A DNA stretch of 64,000 nt from Octopus bimaculoides (Eukaryota). The notes under the pieces were generated by a model, which worked only from the letters and a program-made list of their open reading frames with translations, was not told where the DNA came from and did not search any database. Position 1 is the first letter of the stretch, and each line of letters begins with the position of its first letter. Position numbers and translations under genes: made by a program. Positions 24,051 through 38,849 of this stretch are shown here, piece by piece. The stretch lies in NCBI RefSeq assembly GCF_001194135.2, contig NC_068981.1, forward strand, positions 28,888,890 to 28,952,889, given 5' to 3'.

Positions 24051-26886
24051 AATTCTCAAAATTTTACACTATACTTGTTACTTGATTTGCTTCTCTATAT
24101 TTATTTCTTTCCTAAACTTTATTTTTAAAGTCTGTAGTTTGCTTTGCTACTTCGACTGTTCTTGAAATTGATTGTTGTTATTGTTACAATATTTGGTCCG
24201 TTTATATCTCTTTAACATTCTTAGTGGTAAGATGTTTACATTATCGGAGTTTCAAAGAAATTTCTTTCACACTTCACGTTTACAAGCTTAGTAAAATAAC
24301 AAATCTCAAAAACCTAGGTCTTTTAGCTTTAATTGAAAATGAGTAAATAAATCACACGAATACAGTTTTTCAGTTGACTATTTTATTTTCTTAAACTCTG
24401 GTATAATAAGTCAAAAGCAAAAGAAAAAGAATTAAACAAATGAAATTATATTATTAATGAGAGCAAAATCATTAGAGTTAATAAAGTTTCTTAATAAAAA
24501 GGCAAGAGATAGAACGTCGAGTTACAAGTTCATTAAAAATTTGGGAGATAGCATCACAACTGAGTCTGATATTTTGTTAATGCAGTGTCTACTTAAGACA
24601 TGCTTAAAATGTCGGACAAAATGTCGAGATACTATAATATTCTGCAAAGATTATTCACAGATTTAGCGAATAAAAATATAGATTTTTATAGCACACCAAT
24701 ATTGGATTGTGAAGTTCAATCTATTTCGGTTGGCGTTTAATCTAGTATCACCTTCATGAATTCGATGATATGGGCTAAACTGTACAGCCAGATAATCGGA
24801 TGTTAGTGCTGCGTTTACCATTCTTTGACATTAACGCATCTCTTTCTGGCTTCTAATATCTATCTATATATATATATACATACCTATATATANNNNNNNN
24901 NNNNNNNNNNNNNNNNNNNNNNNNNNNNNNNNNNNNNNNNNNNNNNNNNNNNNNNNNNNNNNNNNNNNNNNNNNNNNNNNNNNNNNNNNNNNNNNNNNNN
25001 NNNNNNNNNNNNNNNNNNNNNNNNNNNNNNNNNNNNNNNNNNNNNNNNNNNNNNNNNNNNNNNNNNNNNNNNNNNNNNNNNNNNNNNNNNNNNNNNNNNN
25101 NNNNNNNNNNNNNNNNNNNNNNNNNNNNNNNNNNNNNNNNNNNNNNNNNNNNNNNNNNNNNNNNNNNNNNNNNNNNNNNNNNNNNNNNNNNNNNNNNNNN
25201 NNNNNNNNNNNNNNNNNNNNNNNNNNNNNNNNNNNNNNNNNNNNNNNNNNNNNNNNNNNNNNNNNNNNNNNNNNNNNNNNNNNNNNNNNNNNNNNNNNNA
25301 TATATATATATTCGCGGTGAATCTATGTATATATTTATATATGCAAGCATATATATTTGTGCAAGTGCGCATGTGTACGCAAAATTGTATGCGAGTACGT
25401 ATGTGTCTCTGTGTCTGTGTGATAAATGTTTTAGTTTCCTAAATTTCTTATAATGCATCAATATTAATTTTTCTTCCTCCAGTTTTGAAAATTTCTGTTT
25501 CTATAGTGAATTTTCCTCCGGTTGAAACCACGAAGAAGGAATGTTATATCCCTATTATATTTTCGCAGCGAAATTCTTCCACAAGATAGAGCAATCTACT
25601 GTAATTTCTTACAATCATGTTGAATGTTATGCATGTTCTTATCTCTTTCCGCTCTTCCATGTTGGAGGATTCATCGATGTGAAAATGATTGCTTCTGCTA
25701 ACCTACTACAGTTTGTCTTTAACTTAAAGACTTTCGTGAAGAAAACTTGCTTATATATAAACCTGATTATCTTACGTTATGATATAGAAATCCTGGAGTG
25801 ATATAAGCATAAATGGTGGTAAAGCTAGACACAAGAGCTAACAAAGTGCTTTTAGATTTGCCTCAATGGTTTTTCGTGAACTTCCTGTATCTCACTTAAT
25901 TCTCTTTGGCAACACGAGTCATTGGCTTTTGACTTTTAATCATGCAAGATTTTTATTATATTGAAGCAGGTGTATTTAATGAAAGCATACATCTCAATGA
26001 AACTAGACGACAATGCATTGGAACTTGTACGTCTTTTCCAACTGTGTAAAGCCACTCGAGCAAAGAAAAGTGCTTAGCCAAAGAAGACTATATAGCGCAA
26101 GCACTGGATTTTGAGTTTCACATGTAAAATATCTTTAGTTATAATATATAATCTATTCGAGCGGTGTATTATGTCAGTGACTTCACTAAGCCACTTAAGA
26201 TATCTTTTGAGACAATGGTATAATCAAACATACAGCACTTATCTAATATTTTGAAGAGCTCTTTACAGGCAGAATATTCCTGGCAGTACACCAGCCTGAC
26301 GTCAGCTTCCTCTAAAGACACACCCTCTCTTTTCAGTGCTCCTATTACTACATCTTACATACTAGAATCCATAGCAAGTTATTTACACAAAGCTTCGCTC
26401 CTAATATTGTACCCCTTTAGAACTAATTTCCTCCATACATATTCCTAGCAACCACTACATTGCAACCATAAAAAATATTTGACTTCGTTAGCATTATCCA
26501 GTTTTATCTTCTCTCAATGGAAATCCAATTGACAATTTACTGTCCACCGGATTTAGTAATAAACAACAGGATCTATTATTCATCTGTCCTCCACCTGGAA
26601 AGTAGGATTAAATTCGTAATATACGAAAGTCCGCTTTCAATCACCGATAGAAAATATGTTTCAAAAGTTGGTACAACACGTTTATCTTAACGGCTGAAAT
26701 TTAAGAAAAATATAGAAATAACTGTGACCTTCGGATTACTTTTAAATCTTTGGAGGAAAACTGGTCGAATGATTAAATGAAAGATATTAATGAGGAGTTA
26801 TTTTAAAGACGAACTTATACTTAAGAAAAAGTCATCTTACTTTGTGAGTGATTTCAATACACGGAAACTGCATATATGTATAAGAA

Positions 26887-26954
<68 letters not shown>

Positions 26955-26999
26955 TGTGTGTTTGCGTATATGTGTGTGTCTAGGTGCTTGTGATTCTCC

Positions 27000-27175
27000 C
27001 CTTTCCCGCCAGGGCTTGAAAATGGGTGTTCGCTTGCTTGTATGTCCGTACATTAGCGGTTCAGCATAAGAGTCTGATAGAATATTTTAGAATTTGAACT
27101 GGGGTCGATTTATTTGGCTAAATCCTTCAAGGTGCTGACCGGTATATCCATATTCCAATGACAGAACAATTTAAA
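27000..27175 (+). mobile_element. degraded SINE tail (A-type 3' module)
   Basis: ttagcggttcagcataagagtctgatagaat...ctggggtcgattt resembles 44210-44290. Confidence 0.5.
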
Positions 27176-27939
27176 AAAAAAAAAGAAAACAGATGTATGA
27201 TCGTTTAGGTTATACTTGAATCTTTTGCATTTGTTTTTATCTTTACTCACTTTCAAACTGTCTGCATTAAATTCCAAGTTTCAATTATGGATTTCGTCGA
27301 AATTAATATAAAGTTATATGAAAGGCTGTGTACTGTGAAAATTGTTAGGGTGTCGGAAAACATGACCTGATGTATTTCTACTGGCTCATAATAAATGATT
27401 TCAAATCCCACCAGAGCAAACTTTGCCGTTTATGCTTTCAGGGTTTATAATATAAAGCACAGATCAAGTGCCTCGGTAGATTATATTGACTAGTCTCTTC
27501 GCCTCATAATTACTGCAGACATATGTAGAGGGGACAATAGGAAAAACATAATATGTAATGAGCTTAATATTTTAGAACATTCATTTTGATTGTCGTCAAA
27601 AATATATAGAAAATGTAACACAGTAAATTCAACTACCTATATCATAAACGAAAGAAAGCCTCATTTATATACTTGTCTTGACAAGGGTAGTTGATATCAA
27701 AGGTATTTACAGTGAGAAACTCCGAAGAATAGTTTTGGTATGTTGTAAATTAACCTAGTCATTAAACATGTCGAAGATTTCTCTATTTTGTGAAGATACG
27801 GAATATCTCGAAAACCTTCGAGAAATTAAAACAGCATTTCCGTGAAGAAAGAATAATATAATGTTCACAGCTTGAACAACTTTGATCGTGAGTCTGCGTT
27901 CAATACTGACTTGGCGCTAATCAACAACAATCTCACAAA

Positions 27940-28330
27940 AGAGTACTACTTCTCTAGCTGGACGGTACTCACGCTACCCATACCGATATTACAGTCAGCA
28001 CAAAAAGCCACCCGACTGATTAACATTAAGTCACAAGGCAATACATTTCAGTATTTGGGCTGCAAGTGTGCTGCTCTTCCTCCTGCCATTTCTACCGCGC
28101 CAACAATGCACTCTGTTGATCAGAGCTGACGAGTCTCATACACAACTACAAGGCACTTCCGACCCACACGTTACTCCCCCGTCTCAACACCCAGACTCTC
28201 TCCACAGTCAGGCTCCAAACAAACCAATATGTCTGGACATGGAATTATATGCTATGACGTTGTCTTTCATCTAAGAATCTTCTTTATTTCCTAGAATTCT
28301 CGCAGTCCATTCACATCTAATTAAGAGACA
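27940..28330 (+). mobile_element. CR1/L2-like LINE 3' remnant
   Basis: QSAQKATRLINIKSQGNTFQYL resembles the Q.KA.RLI...LQ.L motif of CR1-group ORF2 C-termini; decays into ttaagagacataaaccacgtggatctc. Confidence 0.5.
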
Positions 28331-29239
28331 TAAACCACGTGGATCTCATCTTTATCGGAGGGCCTGCAAATGGAATGCGACAAAGCCTTCCTTTATAAAG
28401 ACTAAGGTATAAGAATATAAGCATTAAGTAAAGATAACTTTCATTTATTTATTCTGCTATTATAACTTACAACAGTGAATTAGAAAACCATTTTATAAAA
28501 AGGTTTAGTCGATATAACTAATCCCCTGAGTATAACAGATACCTTTTCCAATGAACTCTAAATGAATTTTAACTGAATATACTCAAAATTAGAAGAAAAT
28601 CAAAGCATAGAATGAACCTGTTGTTCTGTTCCTTCATTCCATTCGCCGCACTTCATAAAACATTTCATCGATTACAGTCAGATATGTTTATAGTATCTAC
28701 ATATTTTTATAAATCCCACAAGACAAAGGACATAATGGACGCCGACAGGAGGATTTTCACTCGAAACTGAGTTGGAGTAAACTTAATACCCCAATGTATT
28801 TGAGTCGGCAATCTATAGACGCGACTATCTCCACCGTCCCAAAGGTTATATAAATGGAGCTTCTGTTCATTAATTTTCATTATTATGGACTTGTTTAATA
28901 GTTTAATATAGTAGTGTCTCAGTATTGAACAATTTACTTGATTCCACGGCAAAAACATCATAGTCCTGCGTGATTTTGCGGCAGTATGTGTGTATGTGTC
29001 TATACATATGTACATACATGCATACATACATACATACATATATATANNNNNNNNNNNNNNNNNNNNNNNNNNNNNNNNNNNNNNNNNNNNNNNNNNNNNN
29101 NNNNNNNNNNNNNNNNNNNNNNNNNNNNNNNNNNNNNNNNNNNNNNNNNNNNNNNNNNNNNNNNNNNNNNNNNNNNNNNNNNNNNNNNNNNNNNNNNNNN
29201 NNNNNNNNNNNNNNNNNNNNNNNNNNNNNNNNNNNNNNN

Positions 29240-29280
<41 letters not shown>

Positions 29281-30342
29281 GACAGACAGACAGGCAGATA
29301 TTTGCATACGTACGCATATATACATATGTGCGTGCGTGTGTGCGTGTATGTGCGAAGAGAGACAGCGGGGGTATAATGAGAGCCATCGTATCTTTTTTTC
29401 TGTGATGTATGTACACTTTAATCCCTTGTGTTCCTACCCATTTTATGTAGGTCTAACGTCTATCTCATTTTGAAGTTTTGTCGTATTAATATCATAACAC
29501 ATTTCTTGCTTTCATTGAATTTTATTTTCTAAGTCATATTCTCAAAAGAATATTTATTAAATGTGAGCATAACATAAAGAGGAAGAGTGTGTCTGAGGAA
29601 GAAAAAGAGAAATAGACACTGAAAAAAAAAGATAAAAAGAAAATGAGAAAGTAAAACACTTTTATATTGTATATTGTAATATTCGTTTTTATATTTGCCT
29701 ATAAACATTTAGTTTTTTTTTTTTTACCTCGAATAGCTTGTTGTAATATGAATAATATACGTATTCATTTCTTTGTCAGCTTCATAATAGTAGATTTAGA
29801 TGTTTGCTTCTGTACGCAGAATCAACTCATTCTAACACATTTCAATACAAACGTGTGTGTGAATAGATGTCTATACAGATGCGTTTGTATGTATCATCAT
29901 ACACTGTCGTGCGTATACATATGAATGTAAGTATGTGTGTATGTATGCGGACCGATGTGTGTCTTTATCATCACTATTTGTATGTGTCTTATATGTATAG
30001 TGGTGATAATCAAATCTATGATGTATTAAGGTGTGTACTAATGAGATTTCAGACAAGGCTTAATAAATGAAAATTACACTATGTATATCGTTTACTTTTT
30101 AATCCATCTTCATTAAAGCATTGCATTCTTTGATGTCGAACTTGTGGCAAAGTTGATCACTACTTTATTCCCCAAGGATATTTATTTGTCATCCAACACC
30201 TTGCATGTATGTATATGTATACATATAAATATTTTTATATATATATTTATGCATATGCGCACATATACATATATACACATATATATATACATATATATAT
30301 ATGCATATCTATACATATATATATATATACATATATATATAC

Positions 30343-30373
<31 letters not shown>

Positions 30374-31899
30374 CANNNNNNNNNNNNNNNNNNNNNNNNN
30401 NNNNNNNNNNNNNNNNNNNNNNNNNNNNNNNNNNNNNNNNNNNNNNNNNNNNNNNNNNNNNNNNNNNNNNNNNNNNNNNNNNNNNNNNNNNNNNNNNNNN
30501 NNNNNNNNNNNNNNNNNNNNNNNNNNNNNNNNNNNNNNNNNNNNNNNNNNNNNNNNNNNNNNNNNNNNNNNNNNNNNNNNNNNNNNNNNNNNNNNNNNNN
30601 NNNNNNNNNNNNNNNNNNNNNNNNNNNNNNNNNNNNNNNNNNNNNNNNNNNNNNNNNNNNNNNNNNNNNNNNNNNNNNNNNNNNNNNNNNNNNNNNNNNN
30701 NNNNNNNNNNNNNNNNNNNNNNNNNNNNNNNNNNNNNNNNNNNNNNNNNNNNNNNNNNNNNNNNNNNNNNNNNNNNNNNNNNNNNNNNNNNNNNNNNNNN
30801 NNNNNNNNNNATATATATATATATATATATAGATAGACACATATTTCATAATATTTAGAGTAAAAAGAAACATATGATGATTGTTGATATCACTCGGGAG
30901 GTGACCTAAATTTTCTAGATATAAAATTAAGTGAATAAAATCAAAATGTTCATAATGAAAATTATTATGAACTTGAAGTTTAATATTTTGATTAATCTTG
31001 TTTGTAACACATTAGATATTGATACCAAGATTCACAACATAATGCAATCATTTACGAATTCGAACATTCTAAAAAAAAGCCTAAATAACACAGTTTCCAT
31101 GAGGTTCAGTATTTCCCATCTGAAACTTAGGAAGTCACATGGGAAGTAATGAATGTCTTGCATTTTCCGAAGTTACAAGCCACTCAGGTGACTGTACTAT
31201 AATGCTAGAGTGAAGAACAAATCAGTAACTACACGTTTATATATGTTTTAGGGTAACCCACTATTAAAAGATTAGACGAAGTATAACATGATGGATAACT
31301 AGTTTGAAACCGCCAGCTTCTATATCCAGTGCATAAATTCACATTCACATTTACAAACACAATGGTTGGTGCATTTTGTTTAGTAAATAAACGCATAATA
31401 GAGACAATTTGGATAAGCTAAGGTTTTCAGAGAAAGGAATCAACCAACTCCTGCGTTACAAATACAATTTGTAAGTAGAACAATAAAAATGTGCAAGACT
31501 TTTCTTAAGTTTGAAATGTGACATTCCTTGTTGTTATCTACATTCCACCGATGGAACTTTGTATTGTTTTCTTAGAAAGCAACTCCTTCAGAGGCAGAAT
31601 TCAAATAATGGAAAACAGAAGAAAACCTACATACATACATACATACATACACCGGTCCTTTCTCTATTGGCAAAGAATTTTGAAATAAACGTAATAATGA
31701 CATACATAAAAACAAGCAAAAATACCCTGTTGTAGATGTTGAAATTCCAAACAAGCAGCCTTGGATCTAGGTTAGAAACCGACTCTTTCTCTATTAGCAA
31801 GAAATCTTGAAATAAAACTGCATAATGATATACATACATACATACATACGTACATACATACATGCCAACTGGCCACTATAAAAACAACAACAACAACGG

Positions 31900-32011
<112 letters not shown>

Positions 32012-32712
32012 TATCAATGAAAATATCAAACGTATTATTTGTCTTCTGATTGGTAGAGTTTTACATGTGTCCAAATCTGTTCAAAGGGAAATGAATCAAT
32101 GGATGACGTAATTTATGATAATGATCGTTATGTCAACGAAGAATTTTACTCTGTATAGTCCAACCTGGAAGATCTCAGAATACCAGCCCATGTTACCCCA
32201 TCTGCAATTTCAAATGTCCCGACTGCTACCATTTTGAACTGAACTGAAGTTCTTTCTGTTTTTTTTGTTGTTTTTTTTCGCCGTTATACTTTTGTAGTTG
32301 TAATGACTGAAGCATTTCTAAAGCCTTTATAAAGCATTTCATATAATTTCTTTATTAACTGAAAACAAATGGAAAGAGAAATCCTTATTTCAAAGGATCA
32401 TAAAAATATCCATTTAATTTAATGCTGAAATACATTCGTGGGAAAGCATTTTGGGAAAGCATAAAAAGAAATAAATGGTTATAATGAAATACTCATATCA
32501 CAAAACACATTTGATTTAATGCACATGTTCGCTTTCGTTCAGGGAAACTAAACAGGAAAACCAAAGAAGAAATCCGATTAGTTTTGCTTGAAGGTAGCAA
32601 GCTCTTGAATATTTGAGCATCTTTGATTCTTAGTCACCGTATTCGTAACGGTACAAAAAACTTATATAGTTATAAAGAATAAGAAGTTTTGAATGGTACA
32701 ACAATGCACTAT

Positions 32713-32839
32713 AAATTAAAAAATGGACAATATACCTATTGTAATTTAGTTATCTGAAGAAGGAATTGTATTCCGAAATATCATCGGACTATAGATAACT
32801 AAATTACAACAGGTATATAGTCCATTTTTTCCTAATTTA
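32713..32839 (+). ncRNA. long hairpin capped by a degenerate hammerhead core
   Basis: ~40-bp stem (tatacctattgtaatttagttatct / agataactaaattacaacaggtata, plus aaaaaatggac / gtccatttttt) enclosing CTGAAGA-a-ggaat-tgt-attcc-GAAA-ta...t-ATA. Confidence 0.55.
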
Positions 32840-34235
32840 AGAATCAATAGAGCAACCGAGTAAAGATCAGCAGTAAATGATTTCCAGAAACACCAAACGA
32901 ATACAATTTACATTAGTGTCTATCCTTGTGCCTACAAATGTGTTTCGGTGTTTGAGTATGTAAATACGTGTGTGTGCTTATGTTTGCATGTGTGTGTGTG
33001 TGTATGTCTTTGAGATCCTCTTATAGTTAATCATATCTTTATAAATGTATCGTTATTATTTGGAATGTTTTAAATGCATTCGATTTTATGCAATGATTTC
33101 TTATAGATTGATGACGTCACACAGTTCGGCTGAGGCACGCAATCGATAAAAACAATCCTAGTATTTGCTTGGATTGTGATCATTTTTTTCCCCTGGAAAT
33201 TCAAAAGTATGTCGATTCAGAACGTAAGCAACAAAACTAAATTTAGCAATGCATTTTGTCCGTCACTCTACTGACTCTAATAAATCACTGCCCGTTTATT
33301 TCTATGCGATTAGTAATATGATATGCTAATGCTATAAGTATTTTCTAGTGTTTACAACCAATGTATTCCCTGCATATTATATTAGTATTTTTCTTTACTT
33401 AGCATAATGTGGTTAGAAGGACGATAAAATGTACTAGTTTTTTTCTAGATATAGAGAGAATATTTCTAATAGATGGATTACGCCACACAATTCGGATGAA
33501 TAGAGTTGTGTACGTAAGATATTCCGGCTTCCGGTTTATTCCTCTGCCGTTACGATGGACATAAGCTTTCTGCCATATTCACACCTCAAATAAATTCTGC
33601 CATATTCACACGTCGAGTCAAATTCATTAGATGCACACTGTGAAGGAGAAGATGAGGTGGAACGCTACGCTAATCGTTTGGTAGATTTAAATTCATTAAC
33701 TTGATAGTTTGGTACACTGGCGCAGTTCATTCCACTGCAAGAATTCCTTACATGTCTAAGTAGATCTACCAATCAATTTTCGAAAGTCTTCAGTAGATCA
33801 TAGGCCCTGCCCTTAAATCTCCAATTGAAACATTAAATTAAAATAACAAAACTGAACACTTTACTCAATAGTATACTCTAGAAATGTTTCTATGTACATA
33901 TACTCGTGTATGTGATTTCATATAAATGTGTGTGTTTGTAGGTTTGTTTATTTAATAAAAGGTAGAATTTTTATTACAAATTATTGAAAAGTTCCTCATA
34001 GTGCTCTATGATATACATACATACAAACATACATACATACATACATACATACATACGTATATATATATGTGTGTGTATGTATATGTGTGTGTGAGATCNN
34101 NNNNNNNNNNNNNNNNNNNNNNNNNNNNNNNNNNNNNNNNNNNNNNNNNNNNNNNNNNNNNNNNNNNNNNNNNNNNNNNNNNNNNNNNNNNNNNNNNNNN
34201 NNNNNNNNNNNNNNNNNNNNNNNNNNNNNNNNNNN

Positions 34236-34284
<49 letters not shown>

Positions 34285-34517
34285 ATGTATATGTATGCAT
34301 ATGTATGTATATGTATATGTGTATGGATATGTATATGCATATCTATGTATATGTATATATATGTATATGTATATATATACATATATATTTATATCCATAT
34401 ACATACATATAGATATACATACACACAAACACATGTATATAAAGACCAGACGAGCACACACCAATCCTCACGCAAATAGGTATATATGCATTTTACATAC
34501 ACAGACATATTTGAGAC

Positions 34518-34595
<78 letters not shown>

Positions 34596-35529
34596 NNNNN
34601 NNNNNNNNNNNNNNNNNNNNNNNNNNNNNNNNNNNNNNNNNNNNNNNNNNNNNNNNNNNNNNNNNNNNNNNNNNNNNNNNNNNNNNNNNNNNNNNNNNNN
34701 NNNNNNNNNNNNNNNNNNNNNNNNNNNNNNNNNNNNNNNNNNNNNNNNNNNNNNNNNNNNNNNNNNNNNNNNNNNNNNNNNNNNNNNNNNNNNNNNNNNN
34801 NNNNNNNNNNNNNNNNNNNNNNNATATATATATATATGCTTAAATGCATACATAAGTCTCTGTAATTCTTAAGCATGTATATGTTTGTTTTTTAGTATAT
34901 GCGTGTGCGTGTGTATCTAAGAGAGCGTGTTGTTTTCGTTAGCTATGTCAATAGTGTAGATGGCATAAAACATGAAAGCATCTTTGCGTCGTATTTGTAG
35001 GGGAAATGGCTGCTGTGAATCGCTGGCACAGCGGACGATTTATTTTCATAGCGAATGCTTACATGGTGTTGTTTTGTTTTGTTTTGTTTGTTTGTTTTCT
35101 TTCTCCCTCTTCTTCGAAACCTGAAGACGTTTGAATAGTGGAATGAAAGATACTGTTTCTTGCTTCTAACAATCTCGACGTTGACTATTTTTGCACACGG
35201 TAAGGCACTTATCTTCGTGTTTATTATTTTTTTTTTTTAAATTTCTTGTTATATTTATAAACAAGATGATTCCGTGCAGGTCAATAGGGTTACAAGAATT
35301 GTGGGTGAATGTTGTTAGTAGTGTAACGTGGTGTGTCGGCAGAAAAAAATAACGGCATGGTTAAATCGTCAAACTCGGTTTCAGGTCTTTTTCGTTCTGT
35401 GTTCAAAATCTAACTTAAGTCTATTGATTTTTTTTTTTTTTTGCAGTCGAATAAAACCTATGTTTAGAAGTTATTTGTAAAAGTACAAGCAATGTAGTTT
35501 AGATGTAGTACTCATTCAGAAGAATTTTG

Positions 35530-35690
35530 TTTCAGTTTCCGGATTTAGCGTTGTGCTATGTTCTTCAGTAACACACTTTATTTCACGTTGCTCCAGTTCA
35601 TTCAGCTGTGAGTATAATGCTCTCAATCGCTTATACGCCACGAAAACCAGGTAACCGGTCCTACGTGTCATAGGACTTGAGATAGTAACA
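35530..35690 (+). mobile_element. degraded SINE family D with Meta-like tail
   Basis: acactttatttcacgttgctccagttcattcagctg then atacgccacgaaaaccaggtaaccggtcc, similar to 13850-13880. Confidence 0.5.
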
Positions 35691-36037
35691 CCCAGTGGAC
35701 TTATTTACTAGAGAATGTTTAATCCCCAATACACCAGCTTTAAACAAAAACAAAAAGTACCGTAAAACGGTCGTCTGGCAAGCAGTAGATACTCGGTCCG
35801 AATCTCATCAGTCAATACGTTGCTTTTTGTTCTCCTTCAATTTCATTTTTATATGGTTTAGAAAATCCGTTGTTTTGTTATTTGATGCTATCCAGAGGTT
35901 AATTTAATTGATTCGACCCATTAACTTGTAAAACAACTAGACACATATTTGGTGGCAGATATCTATCATTAGGCGATAAGATTTCAGCTATTCTTTCAAC
36001 TGAAGTACCTATTCCAGAGTTAAAGTATGGCTGGCAT

Positions 36038-36130
36038 TGTACTCCGCAGAGCTGTGCACTCTGCAGACATTTGCACTCTGCAGACATTTGCACTCTGCAG
36101 ACATTTGCACTCTGCAGACATGTGCACTCT
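36038..36130. repeat. 17-bp minisatellite (tgcactctgcagacatt) x ~4.5 plus a degenerate lead copy
   Basis: direct reading. Confidence 0.95.
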
Positions 36131-36377
36131 TGTAGTAACTGTAATGAAAGATCAGTGTGACACAGTATAACGAGGTTGTGTCTTAGAAATACAGGGGAAT
36201 CCATTTGGCGGGCTTCTGTACATTTTCTGTGTATCAAATTTCACTTACATAGAACGGATCGATCCGAAACTATTGAATGTGGCAATTGCCAAAGATGCGA
36301 TATAGTGGGTTCGAGACCTGGTCCTCGTCGTTGCGATACCATATAAACAACAAAAGAGAATAATATTATTATTGATG

Positions 36378-36510
36378 AGGCGGCGAGCTGGCAGAAACAG
36401 CAGTGACATTTCATCGGAATTTACGTTCTGAGTACCAGCCGAACACTGGGGTCAATATAATCGACTTTGCCACCCCTCATAATTACTAGTCTTGTGATAA
36501 AATGTGAAAG
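36378..36510 (+). mobile_element. internally deleted SINE family B
   Basis: ggcggcgagctggcagaaac head joined to ttacgttctgagtaccag...ctggggtcaatataatcgac. Confidence 0.65.
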
Positions 36511-36691
36511 AAACAGAGAATTTGATGTTACATCTATTTAATTTGATTTATTAATAATTTGTTAACCTGTTTCTGTAGATATCATTCAGATTCACATAAC
36601 GATAAACATGCAGTTACTTGAAACGAAAAGTATGACATTTTATATAGAGATAGATAGACATACAAACATACAGACAGACAGACAGACAGAC

Positions 36692-36756
<65 letters not shown>

Positions 36757-37229
36757 CATACATATTCATACACACGAGTATTTGTATGCACACACACATA
36801 ATGAAATTCGACTATATATGAAAAAAATTAATGAATATAGCATACGTAATGAAATGCGATGCCTTTTAGGAAAATAAGTTTCTTTTGAAGTCTAAAATAT
36901 AGCAGAATCAAATGAAATTTAATATAATTGTGTTGTTTAGTCCATGGTCAGAGACTCTCCATTAGAACCGTATCATCTGTTTTCATACAAAAAGTGTATC
37001 TAGGATTACATAATCCATTATATGTTTACTTTTGCAAGACAATGAGATGCGTTTTGAGTGAGATTCCATGGCTCTTTTTTCTAGAAGATCAAAGTCTCTT
37101 GTAGACGACCGTGCGTTACCTGGAATACTGTCAATACAGTAAATGGGTTTGGCTGATTAATTCGATCACAAAATATAAATCGTTTCTTTGACTTAGAAAT
37201 AACGAAATGCAATATTACCTTTAGGATAA

Positions 37230-37440
37230 ACGCGACGAGCTGGCAGAATCGTTTGCAACTCCGAAAAATTGCTTAGCAGTAATTCATCTTTACATTTTAA
37301 GTTCAAATCCCACTGAAATCCACTTACCCTTATATCCTTTCGGGGTCGATAAAATAAGTACTAGTAGAGCACTTGGGCCAATGTAATCCACTTCCCCCTC
37401 CCCAAAACTGCTGGCCTTGTACCAAAATTTGGAACCAATG
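37230..37440 (+). mobile_element. SINE family B
   Basis: gacgagctggcagaatcg...cctttcggggtcgataaaataagtac...gctggccttgtaccaaaatttggaaccaat. Confidence 0.8.
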
Positions 37441-37809
37441 TTACGTTTAGGAGGTCTATTGAAATCAGAAAGGACTGGACAACACTAAGCCGAGTGGTAT
37501 TTGATTGATCGTTCATATATTTATGGGAATACTGTAATCATAAACTGTCAACTATATCGAAAATCGACTGCAGTATGTAAATCTATTTATTCAGTATTTA
37601 TTCAACCAACAAAGGAAACTTTAGCTTGTTGAGCTAATCTAGAATTAAACGCAAAATTCTCTTCAAAATATACTTTTATATAAAGATAGACATAACACAA
37701 TGGAGTTTTCGACACAGAAAAATGCAGCATGGTCATGAACGGAACATATAAATCTGTTCTGTTAGATTTAACAAAGTTTAAACATCAACAACTAATATTT
37801 TCGGAAAAT

Positions 37810-37868
<59 letters not shown>
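37810..37868. repeat. (AAAG)n microsatellite
   Basis: direct reading. Confidence 0.95.
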
Positions 37869-38849
37869 AAACACTTCTACTCGATCGAACGATCACATAC
37901 TGAAATCACAACATACTCTTCTAGAAAGAGTAGTCCATGTTGGAGAACGTATTCGGCAGAAAGTTATGCCTGAATGAAAAGTCACCCTAAAACTTCTTCG
38001 ATACTAAATTTATTCGATCAGGACTGGTGTTGAGCTAATCACCATGAAGTATTTGTTTCATTGATCCAGGGTGGTTAAAACGCCAGGTCATGTTCGGAAT
38101 GTCTTGAAATCACAAAGATATGTAACACTAAATATTCATCATTAATTGACTTTATCTTGCACTTGCGTGTTGAACACAAAAACAAACGCATCCCATATAC
38201 AGCATCGTAGCTGGTAGAGAGTAATAGAGCGAATCTTTTATGGGGGCTCACTTTTCGGCTTGCTGTGTAAGGCTATATAGGATGTATTGCCGAAAGAGCC
38301 AGACCAGATATCACACACTCTAGCTACGTCACCGCACATACAACTGTTATCATTGTGGCTCGAAGCAAATGATAACTAATGTTATTACAGCAACAGTGCA
38401 ACCATTAGTACTTATATCGTCATCTCTTCTTAAAGCGCAACATAATCGAAAAAAAAAAATCATCTGAGGTTCACAGTTGCCTCTTACTTGAAGAAACCTC
38501 GAAGATACCAGTATGAATCGATTAAATCTACTCCTTCACTTTTCTGCTCCGTTATTTTATAGACACCGGAAGAATGAAATATAAAGAACTTAATACCAGA
38601 GCATATTTAATCGAGCGAACTAAAAGTATATCAAGGTCAGATGCAATAATGATTTATTAATTGTTTCCGTTATGTTGCTATATGATATCAACTTAGTTCC
38701 TTGTATAAGTAGACGAACGGAGATTTTTAAGAGTACTAACAAACAATGTAATGACTATAAACGAGAATAAAAAACTGGGTTACGAAAAGCTTCATTTCGT
38801 CTCTTACTGCTACATCATATCATACTGTACAGTTTTCATATCACTTTCA

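Noticed and set aside
33761-33800. Minus-strand gatcta-CTGAAGA-ctttc-GAAA...tagatc
   Set aside because: No helix II pairing, no valid NUH in register, no extended helix I
36038-36130. Regular short repeats as a possible CRISPR array (also 9358-9407)
   Set aside because: Head-to-tail repeats without spacers, eukaryotic context, no cas genes
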